A DNA stretch of 27,449 nt from IMG/VR virus record IMGVR_UViG_3300030330_000271, positions 1 through 27,449 of that record; one strand, 5' to 3'. The stretch's first letter is position 1, and each line of letters begins with the position of its first letter. Below the pieces are notes generated by a model, which worked only from the letters and a program-made list of their open reading frames with translations, was not told where the DNA came from and did not search any database. This DNA comes from a virus (taxonomy: Duplodnaviria; Caudoviricetes). A program made the position numbers and the translations under genes. Shown in pieces: positions 14,975-25,403 of the stretch.

Positions 14975-17900
14975 TTAGTCTCCTTGTTGCCTATCTATAT
15001 TAGATGTATCTTCTACTATAGGTGCAGTTTTTTCTTGTTCACTTTCTTTTATTATTAAAGGTAAACCATTTAGTTGTTGTAACATACTTTGAATTTCAAG
15101 ACTTATATTATTAGGAACATTATATTCATTTTGTAATACAAGTGCTGAAGAAGATATAGCTGGAGGAACAAAACGACCTATTCTATTTCCTCCTTCAGGT
15201 TCTTCTAAAAGAGTATAATAAAAATCATCAACATTTCTAACACCTTTACCTGATAATATTTCAAACATTTTTCTATCAGACATTTTTACTTTAGTTCTAT
15301 TTTTTCCTGTTCCTTCAAAGTATTCTAATTTTTTAAAATTATTAAGATACTTGGCTAATTGAACTTGCTTGCTATAAGAAACTTGAATTATACGTTCTAT
15401 GTCTTTCATAACTTTATTTTTTTCTTGAGGATTATTCCAATCTATATTACCTTGTCTTAATATAGAATCAATTTCTTTATTTGTATTTTTTATATCAGAA
15501 ATATTTTTACCAACTTTCATACTAAAATTTTTATTAAGATTCATAGTAGTATTTTTAAAACCAGTTAAAGATTTTATTTCATCATCTAATCTTTTAGGAA
15601 AACGTGACTTAGTAATACCACCTGCTTCATTTAATCTTTCAGATTTTATTGCTTCTGCAAATGTAAAACCTTTTGTTACATCTCCAGGTGCAAGAGCTTT
15701 TCCTATATGAAACATAGCTTTTTTTGCTTTAGTAAGATTATCATCAGTTTCATTCCATATTGTACCACCTTGCCTAGATTTTCCATCTTTTGCTATATAA
15801 ATATCTAATAAAGGTTTAACTAATAAAGATTCATTAATCATAGGCTCTGCAGTTTTTAGAATAGAACCTAAAACTTTATCTAAATCTTTTTCAAATTCAT
15901 ACTGATCTTTATATCCTTCTGCAGATGACATCATCCAAGGTATTAATTTATCTACAACTTGTATAATAGGAGCTTGTGGAATTGAATAAGATAAGTTTCT
16001 ATATTTAACTTCTATATCACCTGTCTTTGGATTTACTTCTATAAAATCTGTATATTCTCTTATTTCATTCTGTCCCCATGAAGCTGAACTATCTTCTAAA
16101 ATTTCTTGATCTGTTGCAGAAATATTATATCTTTGTGCTTTAAATTGTAGATACTGTTGTGTTGCTAAACCTGTTGCAGTTAATCCTCCTAATCTTTCAG
16201 CACCTGCTTTAAATAAACCATAATTACCTTTTTTTCCAGTTAAAGGATTAGGTATTGAATTATAGAAATCTATAGCTCCTCGTCTAGCAATGTTATAAGT
16301 ATTTCTAATTATCTCTGAAGTAAAAGCAGGAAAAGTTCCTATAGGTAATCTTCTTAAATATTTAATTGATCTAGGAATAAAATTATAAGTAGGCATAGTA
16401 TCTTTAACAATTTCAGCAACAAAAGTTCTTAACTCATTTTCATTCATATTAGGATAAGCTTTTCTATAACGTGCTAACTCTCTATGAAATCCTATAATTT
16501 TAAATACATCATCTTCTGCAGAATATACATCTCCTGCAACACCCATAGATTTATCATAAGCTTTCTTCATCCAACCTTGTGAATTTTTAAAAGCATCATT
16601 CATAGATCTAATAATTTGTTGTGCTCTTACACCACTTTTTAATACACCTCTTGATACTAAATCTTGTATTTCTGCTATAGCTGCTGGACTATTTTTAGTT
16701 AATTTAAGTACTGCACTAGGTGCTTCTTTAAAAAATCCTAATCCAAGATTACCATTAGCAGATAATACCATAAGATTACTTTCCATATTTCTTATATGTG
16801 TTCCTGAAGATAAAGAAGTTTTAGCTGCACTAGCATAACCACTAATACCATACCATGTACCTAAAATTTTATTATCTGATACATTAGGTAAATCTATTCC
16901 TCTTTGTAAAACTTTTTTATATTCAGGAGAAGTAAAAACATTAGCTAAAGGATTAACTTTAGGACCTAATTGAGAAATATAACCTCTTGCTAAATCTTCT
17001 AACTTACTAGAAAAATCTTCTGTTTTAGTAGTCGTTGGTTTTTTAGAAATTTTATAAAGTTTAACACCATATTCATCTTGTGCTATTTTTTTTATATTAG
17101 ATAAAAAATTATGTTCAACAACAATATCACTCATCTTTTTCATAGATTCATTCCATTGTCTCAGAGGATCTTTTATAGGATTTAATAATATTTTATAAGC
17201 ATCATTTATAAGTTTTTTATTTTTTAATATATTACCAGAGCTTGAAGAACCTGCATTAGAACCTCCTAATTTTAAAGCATCTAAAAAATCTATATCTGAT
17301 GTTTTAAGTTTATCAATATAATTTTTTAACTGACCATCTATTTCAGCTTTACTTGCTTTAGGCATAGCTTTTTGTAAAGCTGCACGAGCAGCATTAACTA
17401 TTTCAAAAGCTTCTCCACTTTTATCTCCTTTACCTGCTAATATTTTAGATACTTTATTAACATATGTAGGATTTACAAAAGCTTCAAAATCTTCTGTTAA
17501 ATATATTCCTATATTTTTATCAATAGTTGCATTAATTTTATTACCTAAACCTAATGCTTCAATTTCTCTTGATACATCATCTGCAGCAGTTCTTAATTTT
17601 AAAATAGGTTGTTTAATATCTTTAGGTAACATATTAAAAGCTTTTGTTTGATTATTTTTAGCTAATTGAATATTACTATCAAGATGTTTTGTAAGAATAT
17701 CTATTTCTTTTTTTGTTCTTTTGCTTGCAGACTTTCCTAATATTTTTAAAATTTCTGCAGTAGCATTTTGTTCTATAGGTAATCTACTACCTAATGCTTG
17801 TCGTATTAAAGCTATAGTTTCTGGTGGTAAATTATCATATCTTGTTTTAAATACTTTTTTTACTGCTCTTTCAAATTCTCTTGAATATGTACTAGCTAAA

Positions 17901-19012
17901 TCAGTTGCTGCTTTTAGATTAGCTTCTTTATTTTCATAAACTCTATAAGTCCATTTATCCATTCCTTGACGAGATGTAATCCAGCGATTTATAAAATTAC
18001 CTCTCTTTCCTACATTAGGATCACTAAGAATTTTAACAGGTTGGTTTACAATGCTTTTAAAAACAATGTCATCACCTTCATCTACAATTTCAGTACTACT
18101 TACTTTAGGATTTGCAGGAGGTTTTCCTTTAGTCTCTTTAATAAATTTATTTTTTTTATTAAAATTAAGTAAAGATTTAGCAACAAGATTTATTCCTTTT
18201 ATTCCTCCAAATACAGATTCAAAAGCACCAGCACCAAGTCCTGCATCTACTGCTTTTTTTATTATTTTTATTGAGTCAGGATCATCAGGTTTTATAGCTA
18301 ATACTTTTAAAGGTTCAAAAGTTTCAGGAGCCATTTCTACTAATTGTTGAGCCATATTATATTCTTTATCTCCTAAAAGAACTTCAGCTCCTGTAAAAGC
18401 TGCTATACGTTTAGCAAATCCTGGAACTTTAGGAGCTACATCACTAATAATTTTTGTAAATTTTCCTGTTCCTAATATAAGAGAAGAAATTTCTCCTGTT
18501 AATTCTTGAGTTTCTGATGTAACTGGATCAACAACTTCTTGTAATCTTTCATAAGCTCCTCCTAAATAAGGAACTTTATCTATAAGTTTATCAACTTTTT
18601 TAGCTGAAGATCCAATAAAATCTGAAGCAGTTTCAGGTAATAACATATCACCTAATTGAACAATACCTCCTATAGCACTACGCCCTGTACCTATTATAGT
18701 ATCTGCTATTTTATCTGTAAAACCAGCATACTTAGGTTTTAAATATCCTGGAGCAAAATGATAAGCTTCAGCTCGTGATAGACCTCCTGTAGCTGGATCA
18801 CCATCTCTTCCTACTTTTAATAACTCATTAAATTTAATAGTATGTTGTTTTTCTTCTTTTAACTCTCTATTAAATTCAACAGGATCTATGTTTATGCTTT
18901 TTAAATACTGATCAATATTGCTTTCATTAACCCCACTATTAGGATCTTGTAAAGCATTTATTAAACTTTGTTTAGCATCAACAAAAGTATTTGTATTATA
19001 ATTTAATGGCAT
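14975..19012 (-). CDS. Large internal virion / DNA ejection protein
   Basis: 1345 aa, predicted mostly helical, and the last of three large genes after the tail stabilisation gene, as in podoviral gene order. Confidence 0.65.
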   Translation of the reverse strand: MPLNYNTNTFVDAKQSLINALQDPNSGVNESNIDQYLKSINIDPVEFNRELKEEKQHTIKFNELLKVGRDGDPATGGLSRAEAYHFAPGYLKPKYAGFTDKIADTIIGTGRSAIGGIVQLGDMLLPETASDFIGSSAKKVDKLIDKVPYLGGAYERLQEVVDPVTSETQELTGEISSLILGTGKFTKIISDVAPKVPGFAKRIAAFTGAEVLLGDKEYNMAQQLVEMAPETFEPLKVLAIKPDDPDSIKIIKKAVDAGLGAGAFESVFGGIKGINLVAKSLLNFNKKNKFIKETKGKPPANPKVSSTEIVDEGDDIVFKSIVNQPVKILSDPNVGKRGNFINRWITSRQGMDKWTYRVYENKEANLKAATDLASTYSREFERAVKKVFKTRYDNLPPETIALIRQALGSRLPIEQNATAEILKILGKSASKRTKKEIDILTKHLDSNIQLAKNNQTKAFNMLPKDIKQPILKLRTAADDVSREIEALGLGNKINATIDKNIGIYLTEDFEAFVNPTYVNKVSKILAGKGDKSGEAFEIVNAARAALQKAMPKASKAEIDGQLKNYIDKLKTSDIDFLDALKLGGSNAGSSSSGNILKNKKLINDAYKILLNPIKDPLRQWNESMKKMSDIVVEHNFLSNIKKIAQDEYGVKLYKISKKPTTTKTEDFSSKLEDLARGYISQLGPKVNPLANVFTSPEYKKVLQRGIDLPNVSDNKILGTWYGISGYASAAKTSLSSGTHIRNMESNLMVLSANGNLGLGFFKEAPSAVLKLTKNSPAAIAEIQDLVSRGVLKSGVRAQQIIRSMNDAFKNSQGWMKKAYDKSMGVAGDVYSAEDDVFKIIGFHRELARYRKAYPNMNENELRTFVAEIVKDTMPTYNFIPRSIKYLRRLPIGTFPAFTSEIIRNTYNIARRGAIDFYNSIPNPLTGKKGNYGLFKAGAERLGGLTATGLATQQYLQFKAQRYNISATDQEILEDSSASWGQNEIREYTDFIEVNPKTGDIEVKYRNLSYSIPQAPIIQVVDKLIPWMMSSAEGYKDQYEFEKDLDKVLGSILKTAEPMINESLLVKPLLDIYIAKDGKSRQGGTIWNETDDNLTKAKKAMFHIGKALAPGDVTKGFTFAEAIKSERLNEAGGITKSRFPKRLDDEIKSLTGFKNTTMNLNKNFSMKVGKNISDIKNTNKEIDSILRQGNIDWNNPQEKNKVMKDIERIIQVSYSKQVQLAKYLNNFKKLEYFEGTGKNRTKVKMSDRKMFEILSGKGVRNVDDFYYTLLEEPEGGNRIGRFVPPAISSSALVLQNEYNVPNNISLEIQSMLQQLNGLPLIIKESEQEKTAPIVEDTSNIDRQQGD

Positions 19013-19013
19013 A

Positions 19014-20930
19014 TTAGTCTATTTTTACTTGACCAGGAGTTAAGTTTAAATTATCTAATATAGATTGATTTATAGTATTATCTATATCAGGAATTACAAT
19101 ATCTGTTTTAGGTAATTGTATATCTTCTGCTAGTGTATAATTTTTAACAGCAGCCATAGCTTTTGCTTGATTACCTGATTCAGACATAACATTATAATAA
19201 ATATTTTGTAACATAGCATCTACTTTAGCTAATTGTTTTTGTTGTTCTGGATTTAATGGTTCACCTTTAGCATTTACTTTTAATCTATCAGTACTTGGAT
19301 CATATATAGCATCATATCCTAACAAATTAGATGCATGTGTTAAAATAGATTTCTGTACAGGTTCACTTACTTTAGCTAACTTTAACATTTCAAAAGTATT
19401 ATCTAAATTATTTTTTGCTAATGTAGCATTTAAAGTTCCTATATCAATTTCAACTGCTGCACCACCTTTCATAACTTCAGATAACTGCATAGCTAAATTC
19501 ATATCACCATCAGCTAAAGCTTTATTATATTGCATTTCTAAATCTATTAGATTTTTTTGTGACTCTCTTAGTTTAGCTCTTTGTTCTTTTTCTGATTCAC
19601 CTATTTTAGGACCTGCTTTTGCTAACATAGTTAGTACTTGTCCTACTCCTCCTCCTGGTGCATCTGTTACATCTTGATCCTCAAGTAAGCCAGCCATAGC
19701 TGCAAATGCTGCTTGTTCTCTATTAAACTGTTGATTAGCTTTATCTGCTTCTAATAAACTTTTTTGATAATCTACTTGTTGTTTAGCTAACTTTTCATTT
19801 TCTAATTGAGATTTTCTGCTTCTAGCAAAAGCTTCTTCAACCTTACCTAAAGAAGATAAATATTTATTTACCATAGGAGCAATATTACCTGATGCTGGAG
19901 CATCTTCAAAAGGTTCTAGTAAACTTTCATCAACAGATAAATCTCCACCACCATTAGCTCTCTTAATTAAAGTACCTATACCACCACCAGTTTTAGCAGG
20001 TTGTTGATAAGGTTGACCACCTATAGTTTTACCAGTAAATGCTCCATAGATATTACCTAATCCACCTAGACCTCCTATAAGTTGTTGACCTAAACTAGGT
20101 TCATATTGAGCTTGTTGTGGTGGAACATATTGCATAGGTCTAATAGGAGCACCTGTAACAACAGATTGATATTTAGACATAGTATCATAAGGGAATTGTT
20201 GCTCATCTAAATATTGTTGAAATGCTTCATTTAATGCAGTTTGTGCTTGCTTTTGTTTTTCTTGACCTATTGCTTGTAAACCAGATAGTTCTGTTGTTGC
20301 TTGTTTAAATTGACTACCTTGTAAATTAGCTAATTGTGTAGCTGCTTGTCCTTTTGCTAACCTATCTGCATCTAATCTTTCTATAGCATCTTGATAAGCT
20401 TGTGCACTTCCTTTAGCTTGTATATCAGCTAATAATCTTTGTTGTGTATCTGCAGCCATGCCTTCTAATATAGCTTGTCTACTACCACCAAATGCTTGTG
20501 CTTGTGCAGCTTTAGCAGCTAACTCTGGAAGAACTTGTGATTCATATTGTTTTTGTGCTTCTCTTTTTTCTATGTCTGTTACTGCTTGTTGATAAGGAGA
20601 CATATACTCTTCAATTTGTGTTGCTGTAAAAGGAGTAGCTGCTTCTCTTGTCATTCCCATAGCTTCTTGATATACTGGTGCTCCTGATCCTACAAGACCT
20701 GCTATACCAGTTTGTACTTGTTGTTGTTCAGGAGTAAACTCTGCAAGTGTAGGACCAGTATAAGGTTTATAACCTTCTGCTGTTTTATCTTGATACAGAG
20801 CTTGAGCTTTACTTAATATATCTTTATAATAAGGTCTAAGTTCTGGAGGTAACTCTGTAGCAGAAATCATTTGTGCACCTACTGCTGGTGCTACTTCTCT
20901 TCTACCAAATAGGGATGATAATACTGCCAT
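19014..20930 (-). CDS. Internal virion / DNA transfer (pilot) protein
   Basis: Q/A-rich helical protein with YMSPYQQAV and AFGGSR motifs and a Gly-rich GGLGGLG segment. Confidence 0.7.
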   Translation of the reverse strand: MAVLSSLFGRREVAPAVGAQMISATELPPELRPYYKDILSKAQALYQDKTAEGYKPYTGPTLAEFTPEQQQVQTGIAGLVGSGAPVYQEAMGMTREAATPFTATQIEEYMSPYQQAVTDIEKREAQKQYESQVLPELAAKAAQAQAFGGSRQAILEGMAADTQQRLLADIQAKGSAQAYQDAIERLDADRLAKGQAATQLANLQGSQFKQATTELSGLQAIGQEKQKQAQTALNEAFQQYLDEQQFPYDTMSKYQSVVTGAPIRPMQYVPPQQAQYEPSLGQQLIGGLGGLGNIYGAFTGKTIGGQPYQQPAKTGGGIGTLIKRANGGGDLSVDESLLEPFEDAPASGNIAPMVNKYLSSLGKVEEAFARSRKSQLENEKLAKQQVDYQKSLLEADKANQQFNREQAAFAAMAGLLEDQDVTDAPGGGVGQVLTMLAKAGPKIGESEKEQRAKLRESQKNLIDLEMQYNKALADGDMNLAMQLSEVMKGGAAVEIDIGTLNATLAKNNLDNTFEMLKLAKVSEPVQKSILTHASNLLGYDAIYDPSTDRLKVNAKGEPLNPEQQKQLAKVDAMLQNIYYNVMSESGNQAKAMAAVKNYTLAEDIQLPKTDIVIPDIDNTINQSILDNLNLTPGQVKID

Positions 20931-20933
20931 ATT

Positions 20934-23024
20934 TTATACTCCTGCCATCATAGGTTTTAAAGCCATTAACCCATCTATTTCTTTAGGTTGTCGTATTGTA
21001 CCATAGGCTTTTTTACGTACACTTTCTACAACACCATCCATTATTTTTGCTCCTTCATCTGCATTACCATTTCCTAATGCAGACATAGTATAAGCATCTA
21101 CTACATATTCAGAGGGAGATACTGCTAATGTTCCTATTTGTTTACCATCTTCTTTGATAGGCATATAAACATTATCTTCCATACCATGACCATCTCCTTC
21201 TACTTTACCACTAAATCCTCCACCATGTGCTAAATTAACTAACCCACCATGTTTAGCTGTAGCTGGAGAATAATCAATACGATCTACTAAACGAGTTCTA
21301 GGTCTTCTACCATAAGCAATATCTAATATATCTTGTATAGATAAAGTACTTGGCATTACTGTTCCTGATGCATCTCTTATAACCATTGTTTGACCAAATC
21401 CTGTATCTGCATCAGATAGGTCTACACTATAACCTAATTTTTCTAATTCTTCTAGTTGACGTTGACGTTCATCTTCCATTGCATATTGTTCTTGATAATC
21501 AGGAATCATTGCATCTGTAGCCACAAGTTTACCTAATCCTACACCTGTACTATAATCATCAACTATTGCTCCACCTATATCTCCTAAAGTATAATCACCC
21601 ATTGGAATATTAGCTACATATTTTCCAGCATCTGATACTGCTTTTCCAACTGGACTATCCACTATTTGTTGACCTGCTCTTTGTAGCATATTAGGTTGAG
21701 GACCTACAGTTTGACTATATCCAGGAGGAACATTTTGTAAAACTTCTGGTGGTCCTGCTGCTACATCAGGAACTACATATGAATCTGAAGGTACTATTGT
21801 AGAACTTAAATCTGGATTAGCTAATTGAAGATCTTCATATCTTGCTGAAGGTAGACCTTTTGCAGCAGCCATTCTTTGAGCAGCACCAGAACCTCCAGTT
21901 GCACCTGTGCTAAAACCTTTTGTAAATGAAGTTGGACTTCCTGTTTTTACACCAAAACCTCCAAGTGCTTTAGCTTGAGTTCCACCACCACTACCATAAG
22001 TAGGACCAAATACAGATTTAATATTTGGGTCCATATAATTAGTAATTCCTCTCATTGCACCTGCTGATACTCCACCTAGTGCTGCAGCTTGTAATGCATC
22101 TTTAGGTTTAGCTCCAGCAGCTAATGCTCCTAATCCACTACCTATTCCTGTTGCTGCACCAAAAGCTAGTGGACCCATAGCAGCTACTTTAGCACCTAGT
22201 CCACCAGTTACACCAGCTACACCAAATGTAGCAGGAAAATAACTAGCAGCTAAATAAGGTGCTGCAATAGTTAAAGCAAGAGGAGCTAATGTTCTAAAAG
22301 CTTTAGACTTAGTTACTTTTTTAACTGCTTTAGCTGCTTGTTTAAATGGTTTAAAGAAACTTTTAAAACCTCCAAATGCTTCAGGTAATCCTGTTATTGG
22401 ATTATATGTAATTTTTAAAATAGAAGATAATCCTTGTAATTCTTCAGGATTAATATGTAGAAGCATATTATCTCCACCTCTACCAAGACTAGCTAATCCT
22501 TGAGCTGCATCAAATACTTGACCACCACCTGCTCTTTCTGGATTCATTCTTATTTCATTTATATAACGCTGTACTTCTTCTGGATTATTTCTATAGATTT
22601 CTTGAGCTTGTCTTAATTCTGCATCTGTACCACCATTTACAATTATTTCTGCTGCTTTTATTTTATTTTCAAGTATATTAGGATTAGATTCTAATTGTTG
22701 TTGCATTATATTTTTTTGAGCTTCTAATTCTTTTTGTTTTAATAAACCTATTTCATCACCAGTTGTTCCTGCTAAATCATATTGAGGATTATATCTGTCT
22801 AATACAGGATTACCTCTTACACCATAATTAGATTTAAAAGGACTCGTCATACCACCCTCTTGTCTTTCTACAATGGGTTGTTGTGTAACCTGTGGCATTT
22901 CTAATAAACCTTTATTATTCATTTGTTGTAAATATTGCATAGCTCTTAACCTCTCTAATCCTTCTTCGCTTTGTATAGCATCTTGAAAATCTGCTAATTG
23001 TTCTAATTTATTTGGTGGTATCAT
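20934..23024 (-). CDS. Internal virion protein with a membrane-active segment
   Basis: GRGGD..L.HINP.E...NPITGLPE motif, cationic amphipathic helix, Gly/Ala hydrophobic zipper and a C-terminal G.G.G.ED...S..EYVV.A..S.LGNG...GA domain. Confidence 0.7.
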   Translation of the reverse strand: MIPPNKLEQLADFQDAIQSEEGLERLRAMQYLQQMNNKGLLEMPQVTQQPIVERQEGGMTSPFKSNYGVRGNPVLDRYNPQYDLAGTTGDEIGLLKQKELEAQKNIMQQQLESNPNILENKIKAAEIIVNGGTDAELRQAQEIYRNNPEEVQRYINEIRMNPERAGGGQVFDAAQGLASLGRGGDNMLLHINPEELQGLSSILKITYNPITGLPEAFGGFKSFFKPFKQAAKAVKKVTKSKAFRTLAPLALTIAAPYLAASYFPATFGVAGVTGGLGAKVAAMGPLAFGAATGIGSGLGALAAGAKPKDALQAAALGGVSAGAMRGITNYMDPNIKSVFGPTYGSGGGTQAKALGGFGVKTGSPTSFTKGFSTGATGGSGAAQRMAAAKGLPSARYEDLQLANPDLSSTIVPSDSYVVPDVAAGPPEVLQNVPPGYSQTVGPQPNMLQRAGQQIVDSPVGKAVSDAGKYVANIPMGDYTLGDIGGAIVDDYSTGVGLGKLVATDAMIPDYQEQYAMEDERQRQLEELEKLGYSVDLSDADTGFGQTMVIRDASGTVMPSTLSIQDILDIAYGRRPRTRLVDRIDYSPATAKHGGLVNLAHGGGFSGKVEGDGHGMEDNVYMPIKEDGKQIGTLAVSPSEYVVDAYTMSALGNGNADEGAKIMDGVVESVRKKAYGTIRQPKEIDGLMALKPMMAGV

Positions 23025-23254
23025 AATTTTATATTCTTTATATTTATATAATTTGATTGGGGTTTAGTATTATCAGCAATAAAATTACTATTACTATTAT
23101 ACACTATTTTTGAAGAGTCTGCTATAGGTTTTACAAATTCTTGTGAATTATACATATTAGGTGGTATAATTTGTCCTGTATTTATATTGCTTACATATGT
23201 ACTATTATTTAAAAATTTAAAAAATTCATTTTTCGTCAATTTAAATTTTCCCAT
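23021..23254 (-). CDS. Hypothetical protein
   Basis: Fills the gap in the structural operon and has an ATGA overlap with the next gene. Confidence 0.5.
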   Translation of the reverse strand: MGKFKLTKNEFFKFLNNSTYVSNINTGQIIPPNMYNSQEFVKPIADSSKIVYNSNSNFIADNTKPQSNYINIKNIKL

Positions 23255-23523
23255 GCTTGTGTAGCTGTTGTGCTAACATAACCTTTAAACTTACCTGCAG
23301 ATGCTGCATACGCTATATCACCTTTTCTTGGTCTACCTATATCAGTTATTGTTACAACTGTATATATTTTTGTAGAAGGTGTTCCATCTACTTGTGCATC
23401 TCTAGTATCTAATTGATTAACTAAAGCTGCACCCCATTGTTCTAAATCTTTATACATTTGTTCAACTTCAGGATTATCCTTTAGTTGATTATATAATCTA
23501 GGTACTGCTGGATAACGTGCCAT
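23236..23523 (-). CDS. Small tail-associated structural protein (putative)
   Basis: TAATG-coupled to the tail stabilisation gene, with a P..GDI.Y.....F.GY....W..L terminus. Confidence 0.6.
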   Translation of the reverse strand: MARYPAVPRLYNQLKDNPEVEQMYKDLEQWGAALVNQLDTRDAQVDGTPSTKIYTVVTITDIGRPRKGDIAYAASAGKFKGYVSTTATQAWENLN

Positions 23524-25400
23524 TATCTTTTACCATCTGGCTGCATTGCTAATCTAATAGAACCCCATTTCCAGCTAGTACCTGCAGAGTTACAAGACAC
23601 TCTTACTCTCCCCTGTCTTCCTCTGGCTCTCATATCTATTTTTGTTGTAGAATTTGTTACAGTATGTGGAGGATTTGGTTTTTCTCTTGCTGTACTACTT
23701 TCAGGAAAATCTTTTGTTTTAATTGAAAAAGTTAAACTACCATCAGTTAAATCAAAATCAGGTATAACTCTATTTAAAAACATTATTTCATTACCAGAAT
23801 CTATATCAAAATCTGCTGACTCAATATATGACGACATAGCTACTCCATCTGCTGTATATAATCCATCTACTTCATTATTAAATAATTTATTAGATGCAGG
23901 ATTTGTTCCTTGTAAACCTGTTGTTATTGTATTTCCAAATACTGTTTTATCTGCAAAAGTTGTAAATATACTTTCTCCATAAGACCAATAGTTTTCATCA
24001 GGAGACCATACAACATAACTATCACATTCAGTAGATTGAGTAGAAGGATATAACCAAATTATTTCTTTAAACTCTGAATTTATTCCACAAAATATTTTAT
24101 CTTTTTGATCTAAATTTAATCTATCAAATATATATCTTCTTACTGTACAATCTAAACTTCTTACTTGACCATCAAATACATAGAAGTTATCATAACCCAT
24201 CCAAACTGCACGACCATCATAATCTACTCCTGCATGTTGTGCTATTAATCCACAGTTAGTTCCAAGCTGTGAAAAATTAAAAATAAATGGTGGACCTACA
24301 AAAGTCATTGCCCATAAAGAATTATCAGTCCATATATTTATAGCATTACGTGATCTTACTCCACCTACTATTTTTGTACCATCAGCTAATACAACTTCAC
24401 CAGAAGTAGAATTTATAGATGGAACCCAATTTGTATAATCTTCTTGATTAGACCATCTAACAGTTAAAGGATTATATGTTCCTGTAGGACTAGCAGTTGT
24501 TCCAAATTCATTTCCACCTAATGTAATTAAATGTCTATCATTAGGTGATACTATAATACTATCAACAGTAGTAGGTGTAGAATTAGTAGCACCTGAAACT
24601 TTAACAGCTCTTAATGGTGTAGTAGATGCATCTGTATCCCAATAATAAATAGATCCTTTTCTTCTATTTGCTACTACATCTTCACCCCAATTATCTAAAC
24701 TCCATTGTGTTATCTCACTTGAGAAATCACTAGCACCTGTAGATGTAGGTTGATTCCATGCTCTTGTTTGTGAAGCACATACAGTTGCTTGATAAGATGC
24801 AGAACCATAACCTAAACCTGTTGCAGCATTTGATACACCAGTATTTAAAAGATAATGTATATGTCCATTACCAGATGATGATTGTGCAGCACTTGCTGTA
24901 GTTGATACATTAATAGCAAAAGTATTTGCATTATTAACACTTACTTGATACGTACTTGTACCTAATAATATATTACCACCTATAGTAGCAGTACTTGTAA
25001 AAAATACAAAATCACCTGTTTGTCTACCATGAGCTGTAGCTGATACTGTAACAACATTAGCACTAACTGCTACACTAAAAGCATTTGTTAATGATGCACT
25101 AGATGATACAGGTGTTACATCAAATATTTCATCACCATTATGTTGGTATAACATTTGAGCTGTACCAAACATAGCTCTTTTAAATTGATCATTATCTGTC
25201 CATGTTATAAGATCACGACCTGCACCATTAAAAGATGCAGATACTTTAGTTTCATATCCACCTATATTCTCTGGTTTACCTGCACGAAAACGTACATTAT
25301 TAGCATCATACCAAGAATTAGTTTCTGCATATTGTGTAGACTCTCTTCTAATACCAGGTTGAAAGTCCATCTTAACGAGTTTTGAACTTGTTGAGGACAT
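23523..25400 (-). CDS. Tail stabilisation / nozzle protein (P22 gp10 / tail tubular B-like)
   Basis: F.PGI.RE.T.Y....W.D..NVRFR.G.PE.IGG, W.LDNWGED, VRWS.QED...W.P, CGLI and RARGRQ...W..G..R....PDG.R; beta-propeller-like composition. Confidence 0.78.
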   Translation of the reverse strand: MSSTSSKLVKMDFQPGIRRESTQYAETNSWYDANNVRFRAGKPENIGGYETKVSASFNGAGRDLITWTDNDQFKRAMFGTAQMLYQHNGDEIFDVTPVSSSASLTNAFSVAVSANVVTVSATAHGRQTGDFVFFTSTATIGGNILLGTSTYQVSVNNANTFAINVSTTASAAQSSSGNGHIHYLLNTGVSNAATGLGYGSASYQATVCASQTRAWNQPTSTGASDFSSEITQWSLDNWGEDVVANRRKGSIYYWDTDASTTPLRAVKVSGATNSTPTTVDSIIVSPNDRHLITLGGNEFGTTASPTGTYNPLTVRWSNQEDYTNWVPSINSTSGEVVLADGTKIVGGVRSRNAINIWTDNSLWAMTFVGPPFIFNFSQLGTNCGLIAQHAGVDYDGRAVWMGYDNFYVFDGQVRSLDCTVRRYIFDRLNLDQKDKIFCGINSEFKEIIWLYPSTQSTECDSYVVWSPDENYWSYGESIFTTFADKTVFGNTITTGLQGTNPASNKLFNNEVDGLYTADGVAMSSYIESADFDIDSGNEIMFLNRVIPDFDLTDGSLTFSIKTKDFPESSTAREKPNPPHTVTNSTTKIDMRARGRQGRVRVSCNSAGTSWKWGSIRLAMQPDGKR

Positions 25401-25403
25401 TAA

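Noticed and set aside
14975-19012. Virion RNA polymerase or lytic transglycosylase within the 1345-aa protein
   Set aside because: I could not recognise DxDGD, T7-type RNAP or SLT motifs by eye. A profile search is needed to exclude divergent domains.
12696-25385. Plus-strand ORFs 12696-12929, 12739-12990, 13457-13753, 17721-17939, 17966-18172, 18051-18350 and 25155-25385
   Set aside because: They are antisense to the late operon. Their S/T- or F-rich composition mirrors the Glu/Lys codons on the coding strand.
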